From NCBI GenBank assembly GCA_000092065.1, contig CP000583.1: 64,000 nt of DNA; one strand, given 5' to 3'. Source of the DNA: Ostreococcus lucimarinus (lineage: Eukaryota). The translations under genes were made by a program, and so were the position numbers. This document shows positions 30,000-40,506 of the stretch, in pieces; the stretch's first letter is position 1, and the number at the start of each line of letters is the position of its first letter. The notes beneath the pieces are model-generated. The model ran no database searches. It worked only from the letters and a program-made list of their open reading frames with translations, and was not told where the DNA came from.

Positions 30000-31424
30000 A
30001 TGGGCGTGCACCCCGCGGGGGTGCTGCCGAACGGAAACGCTTTGCTCCTTCCAAGCGCCGACGCCCGCGCGCTTCACGCGCGCAAAACCGCAGGTTTAGG
30101 CGCGCTCGCCGCGCTGGACGACGCGCTTTTACTCTCCGTCTTCGACCGCTTCACGCACGACGACGACGGCGCGAAGACGCTCGCGGCGCTTGCGTCGACG
30201 AGCAAAGCGTGTCGCGCGTTCGCGACGCACGAGGATCTTTGGAAGAGTTTGACGCTGAACGCGTACGGGGGCAAGTTTACGTTTCGAGGGCAGAGTTGGT
30301 TGGCGACGTTTCGAGCGGCGCGAGAGGCGCGAACGAGAAAGCGACCGCGCGAGGACGAAAAGGAAGAGAAAGATCGACGCACGATACAGTGCGAAATATT
30401 CAGCGATGTGCTGCATCAGCGGTACATGTGCGCGGCCATGGATGTGGAGTCGGAATGGGTCGCCGAGGCGTCGACCGTGCCGGAAGCGACGTCGACGATG
30501 AGCGTGGACGAATTCAGGGAAAAGTATGAGAGTTTGAATATCCCGGTCGTGATTCGGGGTGCCGCCAAAAATTGGCCTGCGATGAAGAAGTGGACGCGAC
30601 AAGCGCTGGTGCGGAAGTTCGGTGCGATCGATTTTACGGTGGGCGGGTATGAGATGGCGCTGAAGGATTTCTTTGCCTGCTCGGATGGATGCTCGGACGA
30701 CACTCCGCTTTACTTGTTCGACCCTTTGTTTGGAGAAAAGGCTCCCGAGCTCGCGAACGACTACACCGTGCCAGAGTATTTCGCTCGAGACGATTTATTC
30801 AAGCTCTTGAGCGACGACCGGCCGCATTATCGTTGGCTCATCGTCGGACCGTCCAAGAGCGGCTCCATCTTTCACAAGGATCCCAACGCGACTTCGGCGT
30901 GGAACGCTTGCATCACCGGTCGCAAGCGTTGGATAATGTTTAAGCCCAATCAAAATCCACCAGGCGTGTACCCTTCCGCGGACGGCGCCGAAGTCGCTCA
31001 GCCACACAGCCTCGTCGAATGGTTCACGTCGTTTTACGAGTTCGCGAACAAGGAGGGCGCGCTCGAGTGCGTGTGCGAACCCGGCGACGTGTTGTTCGTC
31101 CCGAGCGGATGGTGGCACATGGCGCTCAATCTCACCGAGTGCATCGCCATCACTCAAAACTACGTCAGCGTCGCAAATCTCCCCAAAGTTTTGGATTTTC
31201 TCGACACAAAGTGCGAAAACTTAGTCTCCGGCTTGGACAAAAATCGCCGCGGCGGCTTATCCGACCGCTTCGTCGCCGCCCTTCGCGCGTCCGGCGACGA
31301 CGCTTTGCTCGCCATCGTCGACGCGCACGCGCGCAAGAAGACAAGCGCGACGCAGAAGGCCAAATCCATCATCGGCGACGCCTTCGCCACCGCGTCTGCG
31401 AGCTCGTTCAGCTTCTCCTTTTAG
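30000..31424 (+). CDS. JmjC-domain protein, JMJD6-like, with F-box-like N-terminus
   Basis: The cupin/JmjC core RWLIVGPSKSGSIFHKDPNATSAWNACITGRKRWIMFKP...VLFVPSGWWHMALNLTECIAITQNYVS matches JMJD6 (YRWFVMGPPRSGTGIHIDP..TSAWNALVQGHKRW..FP...[23 protein letters not shown]), with the HxD...H iron ligands present. The N-terminus LDDALLLSVFDRF is F-box-like. Confidence 0.8.
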   Translation: MGVHPAGVLPNGNALLLPSADARALHARKTAGLGALAALDDALLLSVFDRFTHDDDGAKTLAALASTSKACRAFATHEDLWKSLTLNAYGGKFTFRGQSWLATFRAAREARTRKRPREDEKEEKDRRTIQCEIFSDVLHQRYMCAAMDVESEWVAEASTVPEATSTMSVDEFREKYESLNIPVVIRGAAKNWPAMKKWTRQALVRKFGAIDFTVGGYEMALKDFFACSDGCSDDTPLYLFDPLFGEKAPELANDYTVPEYFARDDLFKLLSDDRPHYRWLIVGPSKSGSIFHKDPNATSAWNACITGRKRWIMFKPNQNPPGVYPSADGAEVAQPHSLVEWFTSFYEFANKEGALECVCEPGDVLFVPSGWWHMALNLTECIAITQNYVSVANLPKVLDFLDTKCENLVSGLDKNRRGGLSDRFVAALRASGDDALLAIVDAHARKKTSATQKAKSIIGDAFATASASSFSFSF

Positions 31425-31428
31425 CCCG

Positions 31429-33330
31429 ATGTCAGTCACATTCAGCCCAGCCCGGTCGCGACGAATGCTGGCGCGGTCGACGTCACGCCCGCGATGCGGT
31501 CGCGCGCGCGCGTCACAACTCGCCTCTCGGACGCGCGCGTCGACGACGACGCGGACGATGACGACGGCGACGATGATCTCGACCGCGCGCGCGCCCGCGT
31601 CGGCGACGCGACGACGCGCGCGCGGCGTCGCGACGACGACGGCGACGCGACGCGCGGTGGCGACCGCGGCGGCGAACGAAAAGGCGAGCGTGAACGCGGC
31701 GACGGCTGAGCGCGACGCGACGACGACGATGGAAGCGAAGAACTGGGATCTTCCGCGCGCGCCGTACGAGGCCGGGAACGCACCGGCGAATGGGACGTGG
31801 GCGCCGACGAATCAAACGATTAAAGATTGGCGCTCGGTGTATCGCAACACGACGCTGAGCGTCACGGGCGAGGGCGAACCGAAGGCGACGATCGTCGGGG
31901 AGATCCCGAAAGAGTTGAAAGGGACGCTGTTTCGCAATGGACCGGGGTTGTTGGAGATTTACGGGAAGAAGCTGAATCAATTCTTCGATGGCGATGGGTT
32001 GGTGTACGCGGCGGCGTTTGAGAATGGCGACGTGAAATTCAGGCACAATTTTGTCGGCACAAAGGGATTCACCGAAGAGCAAGCGGCGCAAAAGATGATT
32101 TACAAGGGCGCTTTCGCGATTGGTAACCCCAAGGGTGATTCGCTTTACAACCCTTTCGATTTCGATGTTAAGAACGTGGCTAACACTGGCGTCGTCAACT
32201 GGGGCGGCGAGACGTACGCGTTGTGGGAAGGTGGCAAACCGCACAAGATGCGCTCGGAGGATTTGAAGACTGTCGGCGAGGTTGATGAAGTTCTCGGCAC
32301 GAAGCTTCGTGTGCCGCAAATGGCCGCGCACTACAGAATTTGGGAAGGTGCAACCGAGGAAGAGAAACGCCTGATCGGCTTTAGCATCGAAAGCCAAGCG
32401 TCTTTTCCGCAAAACGTCAACCGCGCCGCGTTTTACGAGTGGGACTCCCAAGGCAAGGCGACGGCTGTGAATAACTTTGACGTCCCGAACGCCACTTTTG
32501 GATTCTTTCACGATTGCCTCGTCACGGAGAACTGGTACTTTTTGTTCCAAAATCCCACGAGTTTGAACCCGCAAAAGCTTCTCACCGAGTACATGTTTGC
32601 CAAGTGCGCGTTGGCGGAGACGATTTGCATGGTGGATGGAAAGAGCGCAATTTTGCACTGCTTGCCTCGCACGGAGAAGGCGCGTAAGATTGGACAAAAG
32701 GCCATCGAGCTCAAACCGCAATTCTTCTTTCACCACATCAACGCATTCGAGCGCGAGAACGGCGACGTCGTCTTGGACTCCTTGCCTTGGGTCTTTATGG
32801 ACTTTTCGATGAATCTCGACTCGGTGAATCCGGCGTTTTTCAACGGTGGTTCCAGAGTCGAGTACACGCGATTCGTTGTCAATCCAGTGCGTGAGACGTG
32901 CAAGCAGACGGTATTGAACAATCGTGTTGGGGAATTTCCGACGATGAACAACAAGTTTGTTGGTCGTAAATACACGCACGCTTACAGCGCGGGAACCATC
33001 GTCAAGGATGACGTCAAGTGGGGCCCGAATCAGTGCTTGGTGAAACATACCACGGACCCGAACAGCGAGGCGCCGGCGCAAGAGCAAGTTTGGTACTATG
33101 GCGAACGGTGTTTTGTGCAGGAACCGATCTTTGCGCCACGTCCTGGAGCGACAAAGGAAGACGAGGGATGGATTCTGCAAGTCGTGAACGACGCCGGCGC
33201 AGAGACGTCGACGCTCCACATCTTCGACGCGTTGGACATCACGAAGGGACCGGTTGCAAGCGTGCTGTTCGAGGGCGAGCACTTGCCGCCAGGACTCCAC
33301 GGCATGTGGGCGCAAGACGCTGTGTATTAG
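31429..33330 (+). CDS. carotenoid cleavage dioxygenase (CCD/RPE65 family), with transit-peptide-like leader
   Basis: FFDGDGLVYAAAFENGDVKF, FFFHHINAFERENGDVVLD (the FHH.NA.E motif) and the conserved His/Glu positions indicate the CCD family. The S/T/R/A-rich N-terminus is plastid-transit-like. The true start may be a downstream Met, because the ORF begins 5 nt after the JmjC stop. Confidence 0.8.
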   Translation: MSVTFSPARSRRMLARSTSRPRCGRARASQLASRTRASTTTRTMTTATMISTARAPASATRRRARGVATTTATRRAVATAAANEKASVNAATAERDATTTMEAKNWDLPRAPYEAGNAPANGTWAPTNQTIKDWRSVYRNTTLSVTGEGEPKATIVGEIPKELKGTLFRNGPGLLEIYGKKLNQFFDGDGLVYAAAFENGDVKFRHNFVGTKGFTEEQAAQKMIYKGAFAIGNPKGDSLYNPFDFDVKNVANTGVVNWGGETYALWEGGKPHKMRSEDLKTVGEVDEVLGTKLRVPQMAAHYRIWEGATEEEKRLIGFSIESQASFPQNVNRAAFYEWDSQGKATAVNNFDVPNATFGFFHDCLVTENWYFLFQNPTSLNPQKLLTEYMFAKCALAETICMVDGKSAILHCLPRTEKARKIGQKAIELKPQFFFHHINAFERENGDVVLDSLPWVFMDFSMNLDSVNPAFFNGGSRVEYTRFVVNPVRETCKQTVLNNRVGEFPTMNNKFVGRKYTHAYSAGTIVKDDVKWGPNQCLVKHTTDPNSEAPAQEQVWYYGERCFVQEPIFAPRPGATKEDEGWILQVVNDAGAETSTLHIFDALDITKGPVASVLFEGEHLPPGLHGMWAQDAVY

Positions 33331-33432
33331 GATTTAGCAGTACACCAAGGAGTGTAATTTATTAAAAGATCAATTGTGCGTAATTAATGGATACATGGCG
33401 GCGAGCGAGCGAGCGACAGAGAACGTGTTAAT

Positions 33433-34509
33433 TCAACATTCATCAAACCGTTCGGTCGACGGTTTGGGCACCGCTGGCGGCGGTAAAAGACTGTGATTTA
33501 CGTCTGGTCCGAGTTGCAGAGCGCGACTCCAGCATTCTTCGGGTAAAATCATCGTGCACATGTCGTCCGTGCACCCGCTCAAGCCTTCTTTCGACTCTTG
33601 CGCGAGGACGTAACACTCCTTGGTGTGCATCGACGCCTCGATTGAAATTGAATCCCGTCTTTCCAAAATGATCGGCTGCGAGTTCGACGGGTTCGCGATA
33701 CGTTCGTACTCTGCCACGGTCCAATGAAACCAGCGCATGAGAAACAAGCGCAAGGTCAAACCGTGAGTGCACAAAATCATATTCGCGTCTTCTGGAAATC
33801 GGCCTGCGTCGATGTCGCGCACCATGTGGTCTGAAAACATCGTGATTCTATCGTACACATCCGCACCGCTTTCTCCGTTCGGAAAGCGATAGAAGAACCG
33901 TCCGAACCGATGTCTTTCGAGTTTTTCGGCCTGCTTGCGTTCGTAATCTTGGAAGTTCCCAAAATCTTGCTCGCGCAACTGCGGCTCTTCTCGAACGCCC
34001 AAAATCTGTCTTCCCGAGAAGGCTTTGGCGATGCCGATGGCCGTCTCCTTCGACCGACGATACGGTGAGATGTAAAAGAACAGTTTATAATCATCCCCAT
34101 CCGCGTCCATCATATCTCGAAGCTCTCGCCCCGTGCTTTCCGCCTGTTCGTGTCCTCGCGCCGTCAACCGCACTTGCGAATCCGGCGTCCGCGTGTACTC
34201 GCTCTCGTCCACGTTCCCCTCGGACTCACCGTGCCGCACGAGCACGATCCTCCGCGGGAGTTTTCTCGTCGTGCTCCCGTACGCGTACGTCGGTTCACCG
34301 ACCAAGAAATGCTCCGGGCCCGCCCCTCGCACCGCGCTCGCCGCGCGGTTTTCGTCCCGCGCGGCGTCGCGCGCGAACGCCGCATCGCTCGTTCGCGGAT
34401 CCACCGCGTCCCGCCGCGTCGTCGTCGTCGACCGCCGTCTCGGCGTCGCGCGCGCGCGACGTCCGCGCGTCGTCGTCGTCGACGCCGAGATCGCGCGCGC
34501 GCGCGCCAT
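33433..34509 (-). CDS. histidine phosphatase superfamily protein (phosphoglycerate mutase-like)
   Basis: RIVLVRHGESEGNVDESEYTRTPDSQVRLTARGHEQAE shows the RHGxxxxN catalytic motif. The C-terminal region fits the PGAM-like fold. The N-terminus is S/T/R-rich and the start Met is uncertain. Confidence 0.7.
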   Translation of the reverse strand: MARARAISASTTTTRGRRARATPRRRSTTTTRRDAVDPRTSDAAFARDAARDENRAASAVRGAGPEHFLVGEPTYAYGSTTRKLPRRIVLVRHGESEGNVDESEYTRTPDSQVRLTARGHEQAESTGRELRDMMDADGDDYKLFFYISPYRRSKETAIGIAKAFSGRQILGVREEPQLREQDFGNFQDYERKQAEKLERHRFGRFFYRFPNGESGADVYDRITMFSDHMVRDIDAGRFPEDANMILCTHGLTLRLFLMRWFHWTVAEYERIANPSNSQPIILERRDSISIEASMHTKECYVLAQESKEGLSGCTDDMCTMILPEECWSRALQLGPDVNHSLLPPPAVPKPSTERFDEC

Positions 34510-34700
34510 CGTCCACTGCGGCGTCGCGCCGCGCGGCGACGCGTCGGGACGCGCGTCTCACACACGGATCACACGGGATCGTCGCGCCGGATCGCGACGC
34601 GATCGCGCCGTTCGCGACGCGCTCGACGCGCGCGCGCGGTAAAGCGCGACGCGAACCTCGCGCGGAGACTTCCTGCGCCGCTCGGACGCGCTCGACGACG

Positions 34701-35039
34701 ATGCGGACGATCGCGCGCGTCGCGGGCGTCGCGAACGCGCGCCGAGTCGCGACGCCACGTCAGCGCGCGCGACGCGCGGCGTCGACGGTCGCGACGCGCG
34801 CGAAGGAGGCGAACGCGGCGTCGGAGACGGTGGACGACGTCGCGCTGGGCATGGAGCCGTGTCTCGTGGGATGGGCGGATAAGGACGCGAACGGGGCGGA
34901 CGTGTACTGCTGCGAACAACCGGGGGGCGAAGTCGCGTGCCAAGTCGCGGACACGACGGAGAAGGTGGAGTGCGCGATCATCGAGGACGAGGAGACGGGA
35001 GAGATGACGGTGGATTGCTCGAAGATCGAGAGGGCGTGA
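34701..35039 (+). CDS. hypothetical small Cys-containing protein with R/A-rich presequence
   Basis: 112 aa from MRTIARVAGVANARR...: ...GMEPCLVGWADKDANGADVYCCEQPGGEVACQVADTTEKVECAIIEDEETGEMTVDCSKIERA. No recognisable family. The upstream part of ORF 34065.. is antisense of the phosphatase gene. Confidence 0.25.
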   Translation: MRTIARVAGVANARRVATPRQRARRAASTVATRAKEANAASETVDDVALGMEPCLVGWADKDANGADVYCCEQPGGEVACQVADTTEKVECAIIEDEETGEMTVDCSKIERA

Positions 35040-35185
35040 GATAGTGGACGTCGCGTCGCGCGCGCGCGCTGTAAGTTATGCGGAGAATATCGCTCTCGCC
35101 GTCGCGCGCGACTCGCGCTCGCGACTGTGTCTTTTTCTCAACTATATTAAAACTGGGGTTCCTAATGGCGACTCGCGCGCTCGAA

Positions 35186-36139
35186 TCAATGCTTCGCCGC
35201 GGCCGCCCGCTGCTTCTTCTCGTCCGCTTTCTTAATGTCGCGCCTGATTTGACCGATGACGAGCGGACGCAAGACGAAGGCTTGAAACAAGAACAGGGGG
35301 AGAATCCAAATCTTGTGCTTGTTGTTCGGGTCGAGCTTCTTGCCAGCCTTGCCGTGGTCGTACTCGTAGCCATCCTTCGAGCACGCCATTTCTACCATCG
35401 TGCTCACCATGTCCGATAACCAAGGTCGATCGTTGACAACCTTCTCTCCGTTGCCGTTCGTCTTGCATCGAGATCCGTTTTCGATGAGCGCGAACGGAAG
35501 CGCCAAGTTGGGCATGTTCAGCGTCGACCGAATCGCCTTGCGGTATTGCTCCACGCGAGCGTTGACGAATTCTTCGTACGGTCTACCGTCCGTCGGCGTG
35601 GTTTGAGCGTGCGAGAACCCGAGCACTGTGCGTTCCCAAAGTTCCGCCCCAAAGTTTTCAGCCAACGAAGTGAAAATCGCCTTGTCCGCGTTGTCCACTC
35701 TCCACGTGTCCAAACGGTCAGTGAACACGAACGCATCCACCTTGCGCCCGTTCAGCGCCGCGCGAAGCGCCATGAGTCCTCGCGCGCTGACGGAATCACC
35801 CTCGAGCAACCCCGGAGTGTCTAAAACGTTCAGCGTGAATCCCGCCGCGACGCGTCCCGCGAGCAACGGTCGCACGTTCTCCGGTTGAAACGGCGAGCTC
35901 GGCGCCACTCGCTCGTTCAACAGCGTGTTCACCGTCGACGATTTCCCTACGCCTTGTTTCCCGATGAAAATCACCGTCATCTCGTTCACGTTACGCTCCC
36001 GGAGCTTACCGAGCGTCTCCAACAGCGCGCTCTGCGTCGCCGCCGGCATCGAGCTCAGCCCGACCCATTCCTTCGGTCCGAGCACCGGCGCCGCCGCCTG
36101 CGCCGGCTGTCCTTCGCCGCCCTCCTCGGTTCCTTCCAC
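35186..36139 (-). CDS. TOC34: Toc34-like plastid outer-envelope translocon GTPase (AIG1/Toc-type)
   Basis: MTVIFIGKQGVGKSSTVNTLLNERVAPSSPFQPENVRPLLAGRVAAGFTLNVLDTPGLLEGD...DAFVFTDRLDTWRVDNADK...GFSHAQTTPTDGRPYEEF is near-collinear with plant Toc34 (LTILVMGKGGVGKSSTVNSIIGERVVSISPFQSEGPRPVMVSRSRAGFTLNIIDTPGLIEG...LYVDRLDAYRVDNLDK...LTHAQFSPPDGLPYDEF). A C-terminal TM anchor is present. Confidence 0.85.
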   Translation of the reverse strand: MEGTEEGGEGQPAQAAAPVLGPKEWVGLSSMPAATQSALLETLGKLRERNVNEMTVIFIGKQGVGKSSTVNTLLNERVAPSSPFQPENVRPLLAGRVAAGFTLNVLDTPGLLEGDSVSARGLMALRAALNGRKVDAFVFTDRLDTWRVDNADKAIFTSLAENFGAELWERTVLGFSHAQTTPTDGRPYEEFVNARVEQYRKAIRSTLNMPNLALPFALIENGSRCKTNGNGEKVVNDRPWLSDMVSTMVEMACSKDGYEYDHGKAGKKLDPNNKHKIWILPLFLFQAFVLRPLVIGQIRRDIKKADEKKQRAAAAKH

Positions 36140-36521
36140 GCCTGCGTCACCATCGCGCGTCGCGCGCCCGTTCGTCAGTCACCGCGCGCGTCGAGAGCGC
36201 GCCGATCGACGACGCGCGCAGAGAACCCTAAAGCGGCGCGCACGCCATTCATCGCGTCGCGCGTCGCGTCGAACCGCGATCGCGCCCGCGCGCACCTTCG
36301 CCTTCGCTCGAGACGTAATCTTCGTCTTCGCTGTACTCTTCCTCGCTCATCGTGGCTCGCGCGCGCGCGGGAAAGTGCGGGCGAGGCGCCTCGTTCGACC
36401 GTCCCGAGGTCGGGACGCCGCGCGCGCGACGAACGCGCTCGTTCACAACGCTAATTCTACGACGACGCGTCGCGCGCTCGCGCCCGCGCGCGCTTCTGGC
36501 GTCATCCGAGTTTCGAGGCGT

Positions 36522-36884
36522 TCATCCCTCGCGCCACTGCCTCGCGCACTTGACGCACTTGTAAAACACCGACATCGGCTCGTCCGCGCTCCTGATTTGT
36601 ATCTGCATAAAGTACGCCTCGTCGTGCGCGCACCCCGGGCACGTCGCCGACGTCTTATCCACGTTTCGCCACGCGTCGTCGCCGCCCAAGACGTCGTCCA
36701 CGGTCTTCTTTCGCGCGTCCACGCGCTGTTTCACGCCGTCGACGACGTCGTACGCGTACGGGCACGACGCGCAGCGCAGCCGGACGGCGCCGCCGACGCC
36801 CGCGCCGGCGCCGGACGTCGACGCGTCCGCGGCGCCGCGCTCGAGGAGCAACAGATTCGCGCACGTCGGGCAAAAGGTGAGCAT
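36522..36884 (-). CDS. RNA polymerase small subunit with N-terminal zinc ribbon and C-terminal TFIIS-type zinc ribbon (RPC11/RPA12/RPB9 family)
   Basis: 120 aa: MLTFCPTCANLLL...CASCPY... followed by TCPGCAHDEAYFMQIQIRSADEPMSVFYKCVKCARQWRE, the TFIIS-type C4 ribbon with the SADE motif. The upstream part of ORF ..37163 is R/A-rich. Confidence 0.7.
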   Translation of the reverse strand: MLTFCPTCANLLLLERGAADASTSGAGAGVGGAVRLRCASCPYAYDVVDGVKQRVDARKKTVDDVLGGDDAWRNVDKTSATCPGCAHDEAYFMQIQIRSADEPMSVFYKCVKCARQWREG

Positions 36885-37106
36885 GGCGCGCGACGACGCC
36901 GGCGCCGCGCGACGACGCGCGACGACGCGCGATGCGAGGCGAAGAGTGACGCGCGGCGGTCGAGCGGCAGTGCTCGCCTCGCGACCGCGCGCGCGACGCG
37001 CGACGCGCGCGACGCGCTCGACGCGCGTTCGAGCGCGTCGACGCGCGCGCGTCGACGCGCGACGCGACGCGGGCGCGACGCGCGCGCGCGGTGAATTCGC
37101 ATTCGG

Positions 37107-40100
37107 TTGGAACGCGGGACGATGCGCGGCGCGCCGCCGTCGCCGTCGTGGTACGGCGCGCACGCGGCGTGCGCGACGCGCGATGGTGGTTTAGTCTACG
37201 CGTCGGATAAGGCGGTGTGCGTGCTGGACGGGGAGACGGGCGCGGTGCGAGGACTCGTGGGGACGAAGGCGCGGGCGCTCGCGGTGTGCGCGGCGACGAC
37301 GAGCGAGACGCGGGAGGGCGAGGACGACGAGGGAGGAGGCGCGCGCGAGGTCGTCGTGTGCGGGTGCGCGGATAAGGTTTTGAGGACGCTCGACGCGCGC
37401 GCGATGGCGTTCGTGGGGAAGACGATGACGGGAGGACATAAACACGAGGTGACGGCGACGTGCGCGCGGGGCGCGGGCGAAGTCGCGAGCGGATGTCGAG
37501 ACGGGACGGTGGCGGTCTGGCGCGTGCTGGGGAACGGATCGCCGACGTGCGCGTACAAAGCGATCGATGGACCGATCACGTGCATGGCCGCGGTTGGGGA
37601 CGTGATCGCGGTGGGAGGGGCGAATGGGACGGTGTGCGCGCTCAACGCGAGGAGCGGCGCGACGCATCGCGTGGCGGCGAGCGGATACGGGGAGATCACG
37701 TCGCTCGCGTGGACGACGGGTGGCGTGGGAGAGGGAGAGACGAAGGATCTTTTAGCTGTGGGTAGTCGAGAGAGACGAGTGACGATATGGGCCTTGGAGG
37801 GTGACAAGCTCGTGAACACGCACGAGTTGAGATTGCCGAAACCAAAGGCGGCGCTGAGCGAAGCGCAACGCGGTCGCGTGTGGGTCGCCGTCGCGTGGTC
37901 GCCGCGCGCGAGCGGTGATGACAAAGGTGACAATGAGTGCGTGGAATTAGTTACGTCTGGACAAGGTGGGGATTTGCTTTCGTGGCGCGTACCTTTGAAA
38001 TTCGGCGACGGCGTGGAAGAAGTGACGGAGGCGAAAACGTTTGGGCCGAGAGACGTCGCGCACACTCGAACGGTGTTCACCATCGATATTGCCGACGACA
38101 CGTGTTGGAGTACGAGTTTAGATAGGAAAGTAGCGTGTTGGGACTTGGAGACGGTCGAGCAGCGGTGGTCGTTCACCGCACTAGGTGGATACGTGTACGA
38201 TTTAGCGACGGACGCCGAAGATCCATTCGCGGTGGCCATCGCGTGCGGCGATGGAACCGTGCACGGGTGGGATCTGTCTCCCACGCTGTCCAGTGGGTTA
38301 GGAGAGTCACTTCTTTGGAAAGGGATTCCAAACACAAAAGTCACAGCTATCGCGCGGAAGCCGCGAAGCGAAGTCGTAGCGTTCGGCCTCGACGACGGAC
38401 GCGTCGGATGCTTTGACGTGACAACCGGAAAGTTTGCGTGCTACCCCGAGTGTCACGGTGCATCGGTACGCGCACTGCAGTGGTTTGAAATATGCAACGT
38501 CGGTGAAGAGTCTGGCACGTTCACGCTCACGAGTTTGGGTGCGGATGGGTCGTTGTGGCGGTGGATGGAAACATTTGACCCGGCGTCGTGCGACACGAAA
38601 AAATCTGGCATAGTCGACGCGCGGAAATTCGGCAAGTACCTCGACTTGGCACGCCTGTGCGGTGGAGAAACCGCGAAGGATACTCGAAGCATCGAAGCAT
38701 TCGACTATTCAAGTGTTTTCGGGCGATTTGCGATCGGCTGGTCAGACGGTGAATTGAGCGCGCATGATTTTGGTGAAGAAAAGTGGCGCCGGCGAGAACA
38801 CAGTAAGAGCGTTTCTCGCGTGAAATGGCATCCTGAATGCGACGACGATGCGAGCGACTTCACCGCTTGGCTCGCCACTTCTTCAACGAGTGGAAGTGTC
38901 ATCATACATGGTGTAGGTGGTGATGTTATTTGCGCGCTTCCACGTGCCGCGGTCTACGACATTGCGTGGTCGCAACAAAAGAGCGTCGCGCTTTTGGCGT
39001 GCGCTCTCCACGGCGCCATCAAAGTTTGGCGCATCGATAAGACTGTGAATGAATTTCATCCGGTGAATATCGCGGTACTGCGTGGTCATTTTGGCAAGGT
39101 GATGTGTGTACAGTTTGCGACGCACGATGACGAGACGATCATCAGCGGGGGCGACGATAAAACTTTCCGAGTGTGGCGTTACAAGGATGACGAGCACGCG
39201 CCGCGCGAAAACGAAACGCCGGCGAATAAGGACTCAGCCGCGGTGGTCGATGAAAACGCAGCGTGCGAGTCGCCTACAAAGTCGTCGAAGACACAAAAAC
39301 CGTGTGTGGTGAAGACGAAAAAGGTTAGATCGAGCGGTCTCAGTGGGGCGTTGCTCAAGCCGTCGCACGAGGAAAGCACGCCAACAGGAATACGCGCGAG
39401 CCAGGAAGCCGTCGTCGCTCTTGCTCGTCGCGCGTACAAAGGCGCCAACGATCCGTTGAGCGCAAACGAATTGAAGTATGGACCGAGTGGCTTGGGTTTG
39501 TATGAAGACGCCGACGCGGCGATGGCGCTGCTGATGAACGAGGCCAGGCTCGCATCGGATGAAAATCCGTCGACGCACGAACTCGAGCGCGCGGTGGCGC
39601 TGCACATGTATCGAGGCGATTACGCACACGCCGCGGCGACAGTCTTGCAAGCGAGCGAGGCGCCAATTTCACACGAGCTCATGTCGCTCTTTGTCGGCGG
39701 TGGATACGACGTGTGGTCCATCGTAGCTGCCGCGCAACGCGAGCGATTAGAAATCGCGGGCGAGCATCAGCTCGCGGCGATGGTATCGCTGTCCTTGCAC
39801 GACGTGCGAGGCGCGATTCAGACACTCAGACGTGGCGGTTTGGTTCGAGATGCCGCCGCACTCGCCGCCGCCAGACTCTTACCGACGGACGAACTATTAC
39901 TCGATACGAGACGAGAGCTCGCCGCCGTGGAAGAAACGCGCGGAGGGATGGAGTCCGCCGCCAAGGCGCACATCTCCATCCGCGCTCCCGCCGCCGCAGT
40001 TCGCGCGCTCATTCGCGCCGACGCCGGCGGCGCGCTCGCCGCCGCCAATCTCGCCCTCGAGTGTGGTTTAACCGGTCCACAGGAACGTCGAACCATCGTT

Positions 40101-40295
40101 CGAGCCGCCCTCGAGCTCGCCGAGACCGACGATTTCGATCGCGCCGTCGCGATGCTCGCCGACCTCGCCGCGATTCTCCGGCGCCGAGATTCCGACGTCG
40201 CCGTGACCGACGCCATCACCGCCGCCACCGCGCCCGATTCTCGCGTCGCCGTCGAGCTCACGCGGCGCCTTCGCGCCCTCGAGCTCGACGCGTAG
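37107..40295 (+). CDS. WD40-repeat protein, Gemin5-like
   Basis: 1062 aa. The N-terminus APPSPSWYGAHAACATRDGGLVYASDKAVCVLDGETG is strikingly similar to the Gemin5 N-terminus ([31 protein letters not shown]). Multiple WD40 blades follow (GHKHEVTA...WRV, WDLETV, ...), then an alpha-helical, TPR-like C-terminal half, matching the Gemin5 architecture. Confidence 0.6.
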   Translation: MERGTMRGAPPSPSWYGAHAACATRDGGLVYASDKAVCVLDGETGAVRGLVGTKARALAVCAATTSETREGEDDEGGGAREVVVCGCADKVLRTLDARAMAFVGKTMTGGHKHEVTATCARGAGEVASGCRDGTVAVWRVLGNGSPTCAYKAIDGPITCMAAVGDVIAVGGANGTVCALNARSGATHRVAASGYGEITSLAWTTGGVGEGETKDLLAVGSRERRVTIWALEGDKLVNTHELRLPKPKAALSEAQRGRVWVAVAWSPRASGDDKGDNECVELVTSGQGGDLLSWRVPLKFGDGVEEVTEAKTFGPRDVAHTRTVFTIDIADDTCWSTSLDRKVACWDLETVEQRWSFTALGGYVYDLATDAEDPFAVAIACGDGTVHGWDLSPTLSSGLGESLLWKGIPNTKVTAIARKPRSEVVAFGLDDGRVGCFDVTTGKFACYPECHGASVRALQWFEICNVGEESGTFTLTSLGADGSLWRWMETFDPASCDTKKSGIVDARKFGKYLDLARLCGGETAKDTRSIEAFDYSSVFGRFAIGWSDGELSAHDFGEEKWRRREHSKSVSRVKWHPECDDDASDFTAWLATSSTSGSVIIHGVGGDVICALPRAAVYDIAWSQQKSVALLACALHGAIKVWRIDKTVNEFHPVNIAVLRGHFGKVMCVQFATHDDETIISGGDDKTFRVWRYKDDEHAPRENETPANKDSAAVVDENAACESPTKSSKTQKPCVVKTKKVRSSGLSGALLKPSHEESTPTGIRASQEAVVALARRAYKGANDPLSANELKYGPSGLGLYEDADAAMALLMNEARLASDENPSTHELERAVALHMYRGDYAHAAATVLQASEAPISHELMSLFVGGGYDVWSIVAAAQRERLEIAGEHQLAAMVSLSLHDVRGAIQTLRRGGLVRDAAALAAARLLPTDELLLDTRRELAAVEETRGGMESAAKAHISIRAPAAAVRALIRADAGGALAAANLALECGLTGPQERRTIVRAALELAETDDFDRAVAMLADLAAILRRRDSDVAVTDAITAATAPDSRVAVELTRRLRALELDA

Positions 40296-40506
40296 TTCTC
40301 GCGTCGCCGACGCGACGCGACGCGTGTAGCAGCCCAAACCAACCGTCCCCAGTAACCGTCAATCCTCCGCCGCGTCACATCGAGCCGCGCGCCTCGCCGA
40401 CGCCGACGCGCGCGCGACGCCGAAGCGCGCGCGAAGCGCGACGACGCGCGCGAGGCGACGCGCGACGTCGCGCGACGCCGACGTCGGCCCGGCGGCGGCG
40501 CCGCAG

